Shown in pieces: positions 15,020 through 29,400 of a DNA stretch of 64,000 nt. The stretch covers positions 10,294,001 to 10,358,000 of the forward strand of contig CM119371.1 in the NCBI GenBank assembly GCA_051294905.1. Reading direction: 5' to 3'. This DNA comes from Botryllus schlosseri. Taxonomy: Eukaryota. The notes under the pieces are model-generated. The model searched no databases. It was not told the DNA's origin and worked only from the letters and a program-made list of their open reading frames with translations. Made by a program: the position numbers and the translations under genes. The stretch's first letter is position 1. The number at the start of each line of letters is the position of its first letter.

Positions 15020-15685
15020 TCGTCACCCCCCAACCCCCAGACCCCCTCAGCCAGTGGGCCTTCTGTCGCTACATATCAGCTATACCCTATTTCATGTACT
15101 GTTTGGTGAGTCACCGTATTTCGCCTAAACGCGCGAAGCGCGACAAATTTATATAATTCATGTTTGAATCGGTCAATATGGTCGGGAATTGCATATATAT
15201 TGCTATCAATTTTTTATCCTCTTTCTGCTTGCGTAATCAGATTTACCGGTAGTGCTGAGTGTGGTGTGCTAGAAAGGTAGGACCCCTAAATATTAATTAA
15301 ACATCTTCGGGCGGAATCGTTGTTATATTGACTTCGTTACATGACGCTATTTCGTGACCTCCTATATCTGCTATGTCAGAAGATATGGAAATCGTCAAAA
15401 CGTACCAAACTAAAAGACGCACATGATTTCAAATTGGTATTTCTGTACTGGCAAATAATTTTTTCCTTACGGGATGGCATTTGTCCCGTAGTGTTAAGGT
15501 CGCCAAGACAGAACATTCGACGCCTGCCAATTAAACATATATGTATACATATCGAAGTTTTCGGTCAGCACAGGGGCATTCCTTTTCGGCCAAGGCCTTC
15601 TCGCTGCTGATCGTTCTGGCACACTTCTCGGAGTCGCATGTTACATGGCCTCTAACTTCATATGTCTTGGTGCGTCGTGGTGCAG
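15020..15685. repeat. Copy of a dispersed repeat family (also 10200-11107 and, reversed, 32861-34149)
   Basis: Shared blocks such as gaatcggtcaatatg.tcgggaattgcat, aaacgtac.aaactaaaa and cacttctcggagtcgcatgt. Confidence 0.85.
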
Positions 15686-17134
15686 TCAGAGGTGGTCAGT
15701 TACGAAGTACTTCTACTTTTTAGAAGTACTCAAGTAGTTTCCCTCTACTTCTGGTACTTACTCAGGTAGATCTGATATTCTCTACTTCCACTTCTACTTC
15801 GTAATATTTTGTGATCTACTTACTTACTTTTCGCTATTTTCAGTTTGTCAAGTAGAAGTAGTTTAATCCATTGTGGTCTTCGTCTACAAAATGAAAATGA
15901 CTCGAGTGGACTCGGAGTGACTCGGAATGCCGTGAATTTGTTAGAACCATGGACGCAACAAACAAATCGCGTATCAGGGGAATAGTAATAGATCAGAAGG
16001 TCGCAGCTTGGAAGGTCGCAGCTTGGTATTTCGCTAACTAAGCAAGTAGTTATATGGCAACCATTGGCAATCTGTTAGTTACATCTTTGGTCGCTAAACC
16101 ATGTTATTAAAGCCATTTAAAGGTACCGAGTACCGTAGTGGTATACGCTCCAACGATGTAACAGCAATAGGCCGTTCGGCGTTCCGACATTTCAATCTCA
16201 CTAGGACACATTCATTAATATATTTATATTATATTTATATTTTTTCTGCTCCTATATTTGAAGATACTTGGCCATGAGATTAATAGCCTACTTATCAGAA
16301 GTATACCCGAATCCTGGATTGGAATTACAATGCTCAACCTAAAATTGTTTTGATATCAGATCAGTCTCTATTATCAATCTGTTAAATTCAAAATATTCAT
16401 AGTAGCTTTTTACTGAATCAATTACCTGTTCAAAAGTAATTGTAATTGTAATGATAATTGTAATTATTACATTTTTAGCATTGAGTAATTGTAATTGTAA
16501 TGTAATTGAAACATGCAAGGAAGTAATTGTAAATGTAATCGTATTGAATTAAAATATTGTAATTGATCCAACTCTGCTGTGCATGCATTTTTTCTATACC
16601 ACCATCATTGCCGTCGGTTTTTATGTATTTTGGTTGGATGAAAATAAAGACTCTCTCTCTCTCTTCTGATTTCTACACAAAACAAAATATGCGTAGCCGA
16701 CGCACGACCGTAAGGTGTCGCTATGACTTCATCAAGTGATGAACTGATATTGATTTCTTAGATTGCGAATCCGTCCGACAGCGCTTGAGTCACTTCAGTT
16801 TTCCCTGCTCTGAGGACCTGTCGGTCCGAATCCGGAAAATCTCAACCAAAACCGATGTGAATCCGAATAATGCCGTCCAAAATCCAAAATAATCTGAATC
16901 GTATTACTTTCTCGAAAAATCTGTACTGTACAGTTGAGCAGTGAATATTTTTTACAAAGGCTGCTCAAAAGATTCGGTGTCCTAAACATAAAAGCTAGCC
17001 TATGCGAAGACTAGAAATTGCAAAGTTCATGTAGGCCTTTCAATTCCACTGCGGCCACTGCCCCGAAAACTTCGATGACTTCTTTACCTCGGTATCGGAA
17101 GTGCATAAATACCATACACGCGCGTCCACGTCGT

Positions 17135-17746
17135 TCAACATATGGTGACGGTCGTAGAGAATATCGATGTTTGCTCAAGCTGTTGATGGCTATACGGAAT
17201 TCCCATTGCTCTCGTTGCAACCAAGTTAGACACCAAAGATGCTAGCCGCCTTGTAGCCGACGACATTGCTGTCGCTTTTCCTCTTTCATGCAAAGGAAAC
17301 CAATTCACGGACACTAGCTGTGCTATCGGTATTATAACTCCGGCAGCGGAACCGGATAGAAACATCCCAGCAACTAGGAGTCCGAATCTTCTTAACAAAA
17401 CTCCCATTGTAACCAGCAGAGTGGCGAATCCGTTTAAGACGCAGGCTAGCAAAGTGATGTGCCGAAGACTGATCCAACCACCGATCACGCAAATCACTAC
17501 AACGCTAGTCAGTCTACCGACGAGATTGGCGGTTGCTTGTAAGTCAGTCGTGGCTGGATCGATTCCGAAATATCTCGACGTGATATCGTTGACAAATGAG
17601 AATGATCCGAAACCGAAGACATCCAATACGGTGATGAAACACACTATCGATGAAATGCCCCATCTTTTCCACACGACGCGATGCCTTTCCCCCTCCAACA
17701 GGAAACTTCTGTTGGTTTCTGAATCACGAGCACTCTCATTCGACAT
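17135..17746 (-). pseudogene. MFS transporter, SLC49/FLVCR-like, N-terminal half only
   Basis: ATG at 17746; RVVWKRW before TM1, SLRHITLLACVLNG, NWFPLHERGKATAM, about five hydrophobic helices. TGA at 17135-17137, shortly before a candidate gtaaag donor; no downstream C-terminal half recognised. Confidence 0.75.
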
Positions 17747-20200
17747 AGCCAACACTAGGCCTGATGTCTCTCACCAGGTTAACTTTCAGAAAATTTTCCG
17801 CAATGACCAATCAATGAAGGAAACGAAATTTCCTGCAGAGCTACACCAGCGACTGGGATCATTCGTGCCGATACGGAGGGAAACACGGAGAGCCATATGC
17901 TCTGAATACCTATTTCTGAGAAAAGAAGCCGACAATAATGCGACCAAGCTATATCACTAAGTAACTGCATGAAAAGTATTAACCTCATTTGTGGTCCTAT
18001 ATATGTTGTGGTTTATTGATGATGCTGAAACCATGACTGTCGACAATTATTATCAATTGTTGTACACTTGTTGTGTAGGCTTCATTGTTTTCAAACAGCT
18101 ACCACAATGTCCGTAGGACCCATTTCAAGTGCTGGTATATCATACGTACCATAAAACTGTATAGTTGTTTTGTATCATTTTCAGCTTAACTCAGATCAGA
18201 GGTCTCAAACTCAAATGTGCTCGCGGGCCAATTTCCTAGTTTTGATGAAGCCGCGGGCCGCAGCATCAATAATAGGTATATTTACCGTGTAATTTCCAAG
18301 TAGGCCTTATTTGACGGGAGCTTGCAGATAGGCATTCCATAAACATCGTGAAAATGTAATTTACTATTGTACCATTCACGCTTGACACGGAAAAAATCAT
18401 TGTTTTTGTGCCGGGCACAATTTGTTTAAATATTGAGTTATAGACATTATGCGAAAGGATGCATCATGACATCGTCAAACTGTCTGCCCGGGTTATAGCA
18501 TTGCAGCTAGTGGACCTTTGACGTGCAACAATTGTATGCAGAATATTTTAAAATCTACTGAAGATTGATTTGATATCAGACGTAGTTTAATTTGGTCCTT
18601 GATGTTTTGCGGCATATATCCACCAACCAATGATATACAATTATACATGTTACTGTCATTGCCAAAGTCAGATTACATCAGCATCAGATTTTGCCCTCAA
18701 TTTAATATTGGAACATATCAATAACAACTTAAATATATTCATTATTGAGCCATAGTATTAGCATTGTTTCTTAGCCTTAGCGATCGTAGTCCTCGTTCTT
18801 CCAATAAGATTTCTCGTATACATTGTTCATTTTCAACACAATTTCTGATGGTACCTATATTAAAATTAGAAAGCCCATACATACAAAATCGCGCGTAGCG
18901 CGAAGACCAGCATTTTTCAGTTGAATAAATTGGCCAAGAAAATATTCCACAGCATATAGGCCTAATTCCACAATGCATATTTTACCTCATGATGTGGTGC
19001 GTCGTAGCCCGAAGGGGTCTACGAACCCTGCTTAAGAACCCCTGGAATAGAAATGTCCAATCACCGATGAATTCATTGTTGTTACAGCTGTAGAGCGTAC
19101 TACTACCTTACTTACCTTACCTTAAGTAGCGGGAAAAATACAGTCTGATGGGTAGGGGGTATGGGCTTGTCACCCTATAGGGGGCCCAAGACCAACGTTT
19201 GAGGGAGAGCTGATGAAGTGCTGTTTCGGCCCTGATGACATGCACACAAAATCACGAACGGCTGATAACAACGCACAGTTATACGGCATAACAGACACAA
19301 CTTCAGTTATAAAATAGTCGAGTAACAACACAACATTTTACCATGGAAATATTTCAATAATGTTATGTTGTTATCCGGCTATTTAATAGAAGATTTGGGG
19401 CCGTGATACTGTGAGTGTGCGTTCGTGATTCTGTGTACTTGTCACGAGTCATTTTCGAAAACATGGAAACTGACTCGACTGTACTTGGGGCAAATTGTAT
19501 ATTGACTCGACATGTTCTCGAGTCATTTCGCATGACTCGATTAAATCATATGACTCGAAACTCAGACGTTATAACTACGAAGAATAGTATGCTACCACAA
19601 TATTGGTTTGTCGTTTATCAGCACTGCCACGACTATATTAGTCGTCCTATAGAAGTAGAGTTGACTTGTGACTTGACTACAACCCTGGTTGCAGTTTATC
19701 ACAGAGGCGGTAACATATGACCCACATATCAGACGACATAATCCATTGGTCCGAATACGACATAGTCTTTCGCCAATATTCAACGTGTCAAAGGGATCTT
19801 TGACGTCATATCATTGTGAAAGTAATTTGGTCACCGGTGATCTGCTCTCAATACCAGGTGGAGGATTTCGAATGCATAAGCCCTGCTTGAAGTGCGAGGG
19901 ACTCGCATACTCCAATAGAGTGGTGGAAACTACAGGTCGACCGCATCAAGTCAACTATATATGAGACACACCGATGTATTAAAATCACTATTATCTGTAA
20001 TACAGCAGCTATTGCTCAAGATATCATTTATTGGAAGTTCACTCCTGATCTCACGTTCTGACACGTTCTCATGTTTTGACACGTTGTCTGACTCGTTGTG
20101 TATAGTCAAATAGTACGAGATCAAAATTGTTTATAGGCTTCTATTATCCTCGGTAATGGCACTGTTCGTGTGATGTATCAAATTTGCCAACGATTCTCAC

Positions 20201-20533
20201 AACAAGATAACGTAATGGTTAAGCGTCCGGCTTCTTGATCGGTAGGCCGTGGGTTCGATTCCCGGCCGGGTCAGACCAAAGACCTGATTAGTAACACTGG
20301 TATCCATGGCTTCCCTGCTTGGCGCTCATGCATTACTGGGATAGCATGGAGGGGTGGTGCATGACTTAGAAAGTCGTAACGGCTATATCTGCACTTCCTT
20401 GTCCAGCGGCATATGCACATCATGCACTCATGGTATGCATATGCGCTGATCGTGTGTATGTATATCATGAGTCGGTGTATATGCCGCAAAAACATCAAGG
20501 ACAAAAATAAACTACGTCCTTTCCTTTCCTTTC
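20201..20533 (+). mobile_element. tRNA-derived SINE (MetaSINE-like core), copy 2
   Basis: Same head, core, internal hairpin and ttcct tail as 11313-11669. Confidence 0.9.
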
Positions 20534-20994
20534 TCTACATAGCACACATCTAACAGCATGATCTGCAGAACGTGTTATGAGATCAAATACTTTCGCTTTC
20601 GTGCTCTCGCAGTCCGATATCGAAGCATGAGCAACAAGATGATGCAAAATTGTATTCGCGTTTCGCAGCGACGACGAATATGATGCAGTCTTGGTACTCT
20701 GATACACGAGAGGACAACATCTATCACAAAATTAAATCGAAACTCCTCAAAATCGAAGTTTGGAAATGATTCCAGGAAATCCATCTTGTTGTATTACACG
20801 ACTGTCGACGTGCTGTGTTTCGCGATTTTGGAGAAGGATAGTAAAGATAGACGCTTTTAATTGTCAAATTGCTTTTGAAGATAGTTTCTTAATTTCCAAG
20901 ACAAGCAATCTTGTATCGTTGCCTGTATTATGTAAAAATTCTAGAATAAAGTAGTGCTATACTGATGGTATGATCAATATATTGGATGTGCTAG

Positions 20995-21900
20995 CACTGT
21001 GCTGCGTAAATTTTTAGGTTACCAAGGCATTGACGGTTCTTAGTGTAGGCTTACTTTTTGATGCTGAATCCAAAGCTGTTTTCCGATTTCTTCGATCAAA
21101 TAGCATTTGAGATTTTTGATAACTTCAGCTTTCAGCTGCTTGCGATTGAGATTTGCAATGTCAGAAATATGATTTAGCAATTGAATTGAGTTTTGATTAA
21201 AAGTTTAGAAAATATTTCAATTATGACGAAGAGGATTCCCTAGTATACTGTCAAGATGTTTCAGGATTAATATGCAAGTATCAAATTAAATCGGAATTCA
21301 TACCCATCACATGAGAGAGGTTATTGCTTACACAAAGCAACTATGCATGGTCAACGTTGGTCGTATTACTCAATGGTGAAGTAATTTTCCGTGGTTGCGA
21401 GTCTACATATATTGGACGTTTTTCCGTGGTTGCGAGTCTACATATATTGGACGTGAAGTGTGACTTCATATTAATATCCTGCTTGTGTATGTTTATCACT
21501 GTAACGTTCACAGATGAGAGCTTCAATAGGTGTACATATGGTCTTTAGGGACATCAACTTAGTGTTTTTGTATGCAGTAGTCGTATGGCTGTCATTTCGG
21601 GAATTTCCCAGAGTAAAGCGGGGTCCAGTGAAGTTTTGCAACTGGTATACTTGGTACAGAACGTATCTGAGGTGTGAAATTTCGAAAGGGCTGATTTCCA
21701 GGATTTTATTTTCCGTGTCAGTTTGTGATGTTTGCCTATAATTCACGTTGGTGGTTTAAACCGGTGGATATAAAATACGTTTCGATAACGAAGGTCGACG
21801 ATATGCACGAGATTATTATCATTAAAATTCAAGTTTTCATTCTACGGGCGGTTATGCATATGGTTAAGGCGAGGAATTGCAGACAGCGTTCCTCCACATA
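20995..21900 (+). mobile_element. Highly decayed Chapaev3 (CMC)-like DNA transposon remnant
   Basis: Begins CACTG. About 21201-21380 translates KFRKYFNYDEEDSLVYCQDVSGLI...*ERLLL...TLVVLLNG, resembling the LVYC.DV.GL...WRLFIDSS.SLKAVLLHNG block of these transposases. The right end was not located. Confidence 0.5.
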
Positions 21901-22089
21901 AGTATATGTAATGTATGTATGTAAACCCTTTGTAAATTTAGCAGTTGGTTTTTCCTATAATTTTGAATTTGCGTGACGGAATATCAGACGGCAAACCTGA
22001 CGTCCGAACAGGGTTATGGGGATGAGAGAATGGAGCTACAGCTCATTCGAATTATATATGTAGAATGTTGATGGCATCGAGCAACCAGT

Positions 22090-22911
22090 CCGTCGAATCA
22101 GTTTTTCGATTTACGCAGTGAAAGGTATGGAAGTATCGGGTAACGGGTCATAACATAAATGCGAAACGTGAATGACCTTGTTACGATACAGCCACATTGT
22201 TTCCAGCAGCGCAATAGACTCTGTTTCAGGGGTAGGCAGACCTGCTTCACGCGCGGGCAACATATCAAAAATGATAGCTTTAGAAGAGCCACAACACAAA
22301 GCTCCGAAAATACGAATTCATTATAAGGCACGATGAAATTGTAGACAATGGAAAAGTGGTTCTCAACCGTGGACCACGGACCCCTAGAGGTTCGCGAAGC
22401 ATTTTTCGGTGGTCTGTGACACCTCCGAATTTTCTAAATGATCGATAACCGGATTTGTGTTTCTTTAATTACAGAAAGCACGAGGCAGCGTCGCTTCATA
22501 ACTATACTAAAACATATTGCTGTCTAGATATGTTTTGGTCGTTTTTTGATTTGCTTGCAAAATCCATATTTTCCTGTGATATAGAGATCCTCTTTTCCTC
22601 ATTACCTTCAAGATGAGCTTCTTAATAGAAAGAATGGGCCGGATGGTATATCTTCATTAAATAATTGTTACTCGATTTTGATGCCATATATGTTGCGACC
22701 ATACGCAAACGTGTCGTCGGAAACGTTGTGCGTCATTATCACCTCGCCATATTTTTATGGAAATAGATTTTCTGCGCTCGTTCATACCAATTGCACGACC
22801 GCGCATTTCAAGAAATGCATCATACAGAATTCGCATTGAAATGATAGAAGTCTTTCCAATTCCACATAAATAGTATGATGCTATTTTCAAGAGGTGATTT
22901 TCAGAAGTCAT
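22090..22911 (-). pseudogene. Possible decayed C-terminal half of an SLC49-like MFS paralog
   Basis: NHLLKIASYYLCGIGKTSIISMRIL (TM7-like) and IFGALCCGSSKAIIFDMLPAREAGLPTPETESIALL (weakly like GFE.A.E.TYP.PEGTS.GLL); stops present and a MITE fragment lies between them. Confidence 0.3.
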
Positions 22912-23460
22912 TTTCCGGGGTTTATCACTAGTATAGTCTAGTCTAGTTTACACCATAATTGAGCTACACTTCAAATCAGATTGGGGAATCCGCGGGTTCC
23001 TTGACGGTCCAATGGGGGCCCGCCAAGACGAAAAGGTTGGGAACCACTGGTTCCACTAAGCTAACACTTGCTCATCATTAAAAATAAGCCGGGCATCCAG
23101 AGTTTTGTTTTCTCATTGTTCAATCATTCTTTATACCGTTTCACGTCAATTCACTATTGCGAGCATTATCAAATGAGCTTCCTGATTCCTTAGCTGCGTT
23201 TGTGCAATTCGAAAATCGGTAAATTGTTTCAGTTCATTGAATAAACGGTCAGCAATACCCAATGACCAAACATCATTTTAGATTCCTACTAAATCAGAGA
23301 ACGCGGAACTAAAAAAGGCTTTGGTCTTTGTGACTCAGCTGAAGTTGTTAGCATAACATGCGAACCTATAAAATATCTGCCCAACACCATCAATCTTATT
23401 AAGTTGAGTAGCATACGCATTGTCAAGTCAGCTGATATTAAATATCTGGCTGCTTCTGAA

Positions 23461-26400
23461 ATGTCGCTAAAAATTGGGATTCCTTTGCTGTTCGGATTCG
23501 CGATCTACCTTCGTTCGTCAGGTACGAAGAATTTGTGTTCCAATTTGATTATGATTGTATTTTGGGTTTTCCAGCGACATTCTGCATGAGAAGATTGGTC
23601 AACGGCAAATGGGTTTCGACGGGAGACTGTGGGGTTGGTATACGAGTAGTTTGACGTCACCGGTGTAGGTTCTATTCTGTGTGCTCATCGTGAAGGGTCC
23701 GGGAAGGATCTCGGAGATGCAGATGGAACTTCTACTCAGAATTGAAGATGAGCGGAAGAAATGCATTGAGAGCAATGAATGGACTGTAAGTAGCATTCAA
23801 AATCTTTCTTTTGCAACGCCATGGGCCAACTGGCTGTGTGGTGAACAGAACTTCCACAATCTTAAACACACTCCAGACACTATGATTCGTGGCCTTTCCG
23901 AAACACTGAGTATTTGCTGAATTCTGATGCAGGTTTTCCAGCGAAGAATAAACGGCGACGTGGATTTTCACCGAGGTTGGGATGATTACAAAAAAGGATT
24001 CGGGGATTGTGATGGAGATTTGTGGCTCGGTAGAAATATTTTTATTTTATTCCTTCAAGTTTTAGGATCAAGTTGTTGTTGTCATCGATATTATATGGGT
24101 TATGACTAGGGCAAATTCTTGTTGCAGACAAATCCGTGGAAAATTGCACCTATTTTATACAAAAGTTGCAGTAAAAAGTTGCATTTATGGACAAGTTCCT
24201 TCAAATTATCAGGGGATGAGTTACTCGAATCGTTCCATATCCGAGGCACTGTATCAGAACCCATTGTTGGCGACCTCAACAAAATCAATAACCTTAAAAA
24301 TTGACCCAGTAAAAATATAATTTTCAGCTGTCCAGCCTGAATGCATGTCAAATCAGAAAGGACCTCAAATTTAAAAGACAGTGAGATAATCAAGCGATTT
24401 ATTGACATATAGTGCCAAATATTTCCAGTAAAAAGTTAGTTGCATGAACAATAAAAGAAAGTTGCAAAATGTTTGATGAAAAAACGCAAAAAGTGGCAAA
24501 AAGTATGATGAAAAATCGAAAAAGTTGCAATATAAGATTCCGCCAAACAGCTTAAAACGCCATACTACTATAGCGTGCTCTGTCGTGGGCGAGCGTTCTT
24601 CTTGGTCCGCGGCTCGATAAGTCAAAGTAGGCAAGTCAGCATTGCTCTTTTAATAAAACAACTAAAACACGACGGCGATGTTCTTCGGACGGTTACTAAA
24701 AGCGACTGCACCTCCGACGGTGACTAAAAGCCGACTGGCATCGCGGACGGTGACTGAAAGGCGACTGGTTCACATAGGTTCGTAGCATCAAGAAATACTC
24801 AACATAATCAGTGATCAGCGAGGTTAATTGCGGTAATAATGGAGCGGTACGCTACACTATATAACTTCTGAGTAATTAGGAAGCTGTGGGAAGTTATAAA
24901 AAAAGATAAAAAAAGTTGTAAAAGTTGCAAACACTTGCCCTAGTTATGACGTTCGTAATAATGTTGAATGACGTTTGTAATAATGTTGATTCTTGCAATG
25001 TAGTTTGACTCGAAACCAACGACTTTACATCATTTCACGACGTTTGTCTCCAGGGCTCGATGAATTGCACGAAAGGACGAAGGAAGGGAATATGGAATTG
25101 GAAATCAACATGATCACAAAAGATGAGGGAATTCATTGGGTGGCTAAATACAGGCAAGTTTAAAGCAACGGTTCTCGCGGCCCAATATTGGTTTCGAAAG
25201 CATTCCGTATACCAGTCGTTCTAAACTTTTTGGTCTTTGCTGACCCCTCAAATTTTAGTTTAAATTTAACCCAATTATCTTGCCACCGTCATCGATGCAA
25301 ATATGAGCAGCAGACTAGTGAGAGTAGAAATATCGTTATTCTTGTAAGTGACATCATGATGTGCGGAATGTGAGACTTGTATTTTTTCGAAACGTAATAT
25401 CAAATCTGAGCCTGCTTGTCAAAAATGTGTATTATTATATATGCGGTCCTCCTGTTTGGGAATATCCGCTCTTTCGATTTTATATGAGACGAAAATCTAC
25501 TTCCACAGAGATAGGTGGAGGCGGAGGTAATAATAATGCATAACGCTCCCGACAACAGCTTTGGGTATGACCGCAACATGAGTAACACACTTTTCCACGA
25601 CTATATCCAGCTTCTGCAAATGGATCCAACGAAGTTTTGACTAGATATTATGAATCATGAAATATGGAAGTATGGCTCAAAGAAGATTAAGTACAAATAT
25701 ATACAGAGAGCTACGTGAAAGAAAAATGTGTATTCATAAAACAGTATATTACCGTGAAATAAGCTCAGTCTAACCCAGGCATGGGCAATTATTTTCCTCC
25801 GCGGGCCAAAGGAGAAGTAGAAAGTACGTTGGCGGGCCGAGTAAATAATTTAGGTATATTCTCCAGAGTATGTTCCTAGACCTCCTATGGTTTTAGTCCT
25901 CTAAGAAGCAAGTTTTATGTTTTGAATTCGAATCAACTCGTGGACCGAACAGAATAGTCTGGTTTAACCAGTGGTTTCCAACATCGGGGATATCGCACCC
26001 CAGTGGGCGATTTTAGGAAACAAGGGGGCGAAAATGTTAGAGCGTCAAGGGGGATATATTTAAATATCACGGTCGAAAAATGCACGTGAAGGCGACTTAT
26101 TCTGCATATATGACGCGAAAAAAAAGGTCAACTCAATGGAAAGTAAACGCGGAAAACGGTCTTCCGAACACCTAACACCTCGGAATATGGCGTTTATATT
26201 CACAGGCGATCAGAGTTAGGTCAATAAATTTCCAGATTATGGGTTGTCTTTTTCGGATCCGTAAATATTGGGAGCGAAAATCTGTTTCGAGATTGATAAG
26301 GGGGCGATGATCTGTCAAAGGTTGGGAACCACTTGTCTAAACCAACTTTACCAAATCAGGACTTTGGAGCGGGAGCCGAAGCAAGGGGCCGGAGCCCCGG

Positions 26401-29400
26401 AGCCGAGCATTTTCACCGGAGCTGGAGCCGGAGCTGGAGCTCTATATAAAATTCAGCCAGAACCGGAGCTGGAGCCAGCTAATTGAGGAGTAGCTCCGGC
26501 TCCGATATATTTCATATGATGCTATTATGTATTCGGTTGCCATACGTCTGGAATTTCCCTGTCTAAACCGCGTCCGGGTGGAAATACTGAATTATGCTCA
26601 AATCTCAGGAATTTTGAAGGCTTGATGGAAGATCAAAAAAAATTTCGTCAATGAAAATAAACAATATTTTATTTTGGGAAGATTCATGCAACTTGAAAAC
26701 TTTCTCCTCACTGCGCGCGATTTAGTATCACATATATTGATATTAATATAGGTAGCCTATCCATTTCCTCGCGAAAAAAACTACAATAAAAGTAGATTGA
26801 AATAGCCATCATTTACTGCTATATGACAAATTGTAATCGCAATTGTAAGAGAACTGTATATTCCTAGTGTCGGTAAGGCCGTTTGGATGCTCTAGTCAAA
26901 GACAGTGGTTCTAAAGCTGGGAGTCGTCTGCCTTTTTGGGGGGGATCGTGGTGATGTTGAACTTAATCAGCTTCCAACATAGGTCATGAGTGAGTCTGCG
27001 CAAAGGTGATGATCTTTGTTTAGTAATCAGCTTACCAAACTTAGGTGGGCCACGGAACATTTTCAAATTTGAAATGGACTCGCAACCATAAAAAGTCGGA
27101 AACCATCACCGGATGTGCAACCTGTTCGTACGGATAGTATTATTCGTGTGACATGAACATGACTTCGCGACGTACAAATACGTTTCATGTATTTTCGAAG
27201 TCATCACCTCCACCTGCTCTACCGCTAACCTCATATAGGGAAGAGCGAAAAATCGAACAAGATCGACAGGACATATAAACGAGATGCATATAGTAAGGCC
27301 CCAGAAGTTGCATCGATCACACTATATGGTGGCATTAAGACAATTGTTTTTTTTTAGCGGGAGTTAACTTAAAAGTGTTTTTTCGGTTCTGGCTACAACA
27401 CATAACCACGTATTTGCAACGACCAAACAGTATAGCTGGGCTGTCAAACACACGGCCATGCGGCCCGTGTAGAATAAGTCTGTTGCAGACGAGATGAGAA
27501 TACCGACGCTAGAAATCACCAGAGCTCAAGTTATAAAGATGACGCAATAGCCTTGTTAATTCACGACTAGGGCTGGGCAAAATCGAGTACCTGAGTGATT
27601 CGATTCTGAATCACGTAATATGCTTCGAGTCGAGTCGAGTAATCGAGTATCACTCATTATGACGTCACAACAGAATGTACTATGTCGAAGTCCAAATATG
27701 TACCTTTTATGCCACCACAAAGAACGCAATGCCTGTTATCCGTCACATTAAAGATACTTTGGTATTTTCTCGACCATATCGATTTCATTGCACTTCTTAA
27801 CAATGTTGTGGGATGATCATGACTTCGGAAATGTGGTATTTCCAGTAACGTTCGTAGCTTTGTACTGTGCCTGGTATGCTGAGACACGGCCAATTAAGGT
27901 TTCAAAGCTTCCTCAGTGGAAAATAGTATCAAAACTATAATTCTCGTCAGTAAATTAACTTTCAGTTGCGAGGACCGTATAATTTCAGTACTCGAAAAAA
28001 TCGTCCTTGACTACTCGACTCGAATTATTAAAATTACTACTCGATTCAGATTCGAGTACTCGAAGCATTGTGCCCAGCCCTATTCACGACCTATGTAAAA
28101 AATCCACTCTTGTATATAATTGATAGACAAAGCATTGCTACTGTGATGTCATATGTGTTCATACCTCATTTTTAAGTCTGCTAGTAGGCGCTAAAGAGTG
28201 TCCGGAAATTGGGTCACGAAAATATGGTAACCCAATTAACCCTATTATATTTGCAACAACCATATCTGCTGATTTCACATAATTCGACAGCAGGCCTTCG
28301 CGAAATTAAAATTTTTTGCCTCTTTGGCGTTACCTTTTCTGACTAACCACGTTCATGGAAATTTACCAGCAGAGCAATCATATGTTCAATGTTTAATTTT
28401 CATACAAGAGCGCCGAACCTCGGTATGCGAAATATGCCTGGGAATATTGTGGGTATTCGGCATACCCGCAATTTCATCATCTGCACAACCTTGTTGACCA
28501 ATTGTACGGTTCGAAAATAATAATCACTATGTCATTATTATGCCAGGTTCCTCCTTTTCGGCTAAAGGGCCACATGAAATTGAAGAACTAGTGCGCGGTC
28601 CACCAGCCGCGCCAAGCGTGTAACATTTTCAAAGTTTATAAATGAACTATAGGTCAATAATATTATTAGTTTAAGTATATTGCACGTCTACTGCATACCA
28701 CCCGCTGGGCTCAGTGTGCAAGGACAGGACTATTCGGCATCTGGACATATCGATATCCAAAATTTCTGCTAATATGCGAAATCATTTTGTGCCTACTTTT
28801 GATCGTCGTCGATCTTTCTGCGAGCGCAAACACGAAAAGATTTTCCCTCATAATTGCGAATATAGTCAGACTCAATCAGGTAAATTTGGCGTTTTTTCAT
28901 TTTCAAGACGGATGGGCTAACAAGCAAGAAATCACGTGATAATTAAAAACGCGAAGTGTGAAGAAAAATTTTACTACTATTTTAGTTTAATGTAATGTAC
29001 GACGATTTACTAAAAATGAGACTGGACCCTGGATCTGCCAATGCGTCGTAACTGATATTTTAGCCATCACATCCCCAGTGTCGCGGCCAGACGAATCAAA
29101 TTTTTGGTTGGCCTTTGCACGTTCACAATCTGAGCAATTCATTTTCGATAATATAACAAATTTAGGAAATTACCTCGCGGGTCACTCAAAACCTTCTCGC
29201 GGGCCAAATAAGGCCCGCGGTCCGCGGGTTGGCCACCTCTGATATAGATAGGCCAATTCTATAGTTTTCATAGCAGGAGCCGGAGCCGAAGCCGGAGCAA
29301 TGCAACATTTACGGCTGCTCCAAAGCCCTGGTAGAAATAGGAGTATTTATCAAAATTCCACCATAGTGGGGTGCCAATCAGGTGAATGTGACTTTTAGGC

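Noticed and set aside
17421..17960. 179-aa plus-strand ORF
   Set aside because: Largely antisense to the MFS ORF; no recognisable domain.
26268..26486. GAGAG/PEPE ORF, and similar NPNP (29866), RLRL (39724, 41942) and GVGV (62898) ORFs
   Set aside because: Translations of MITE subterminal repeat arrays.
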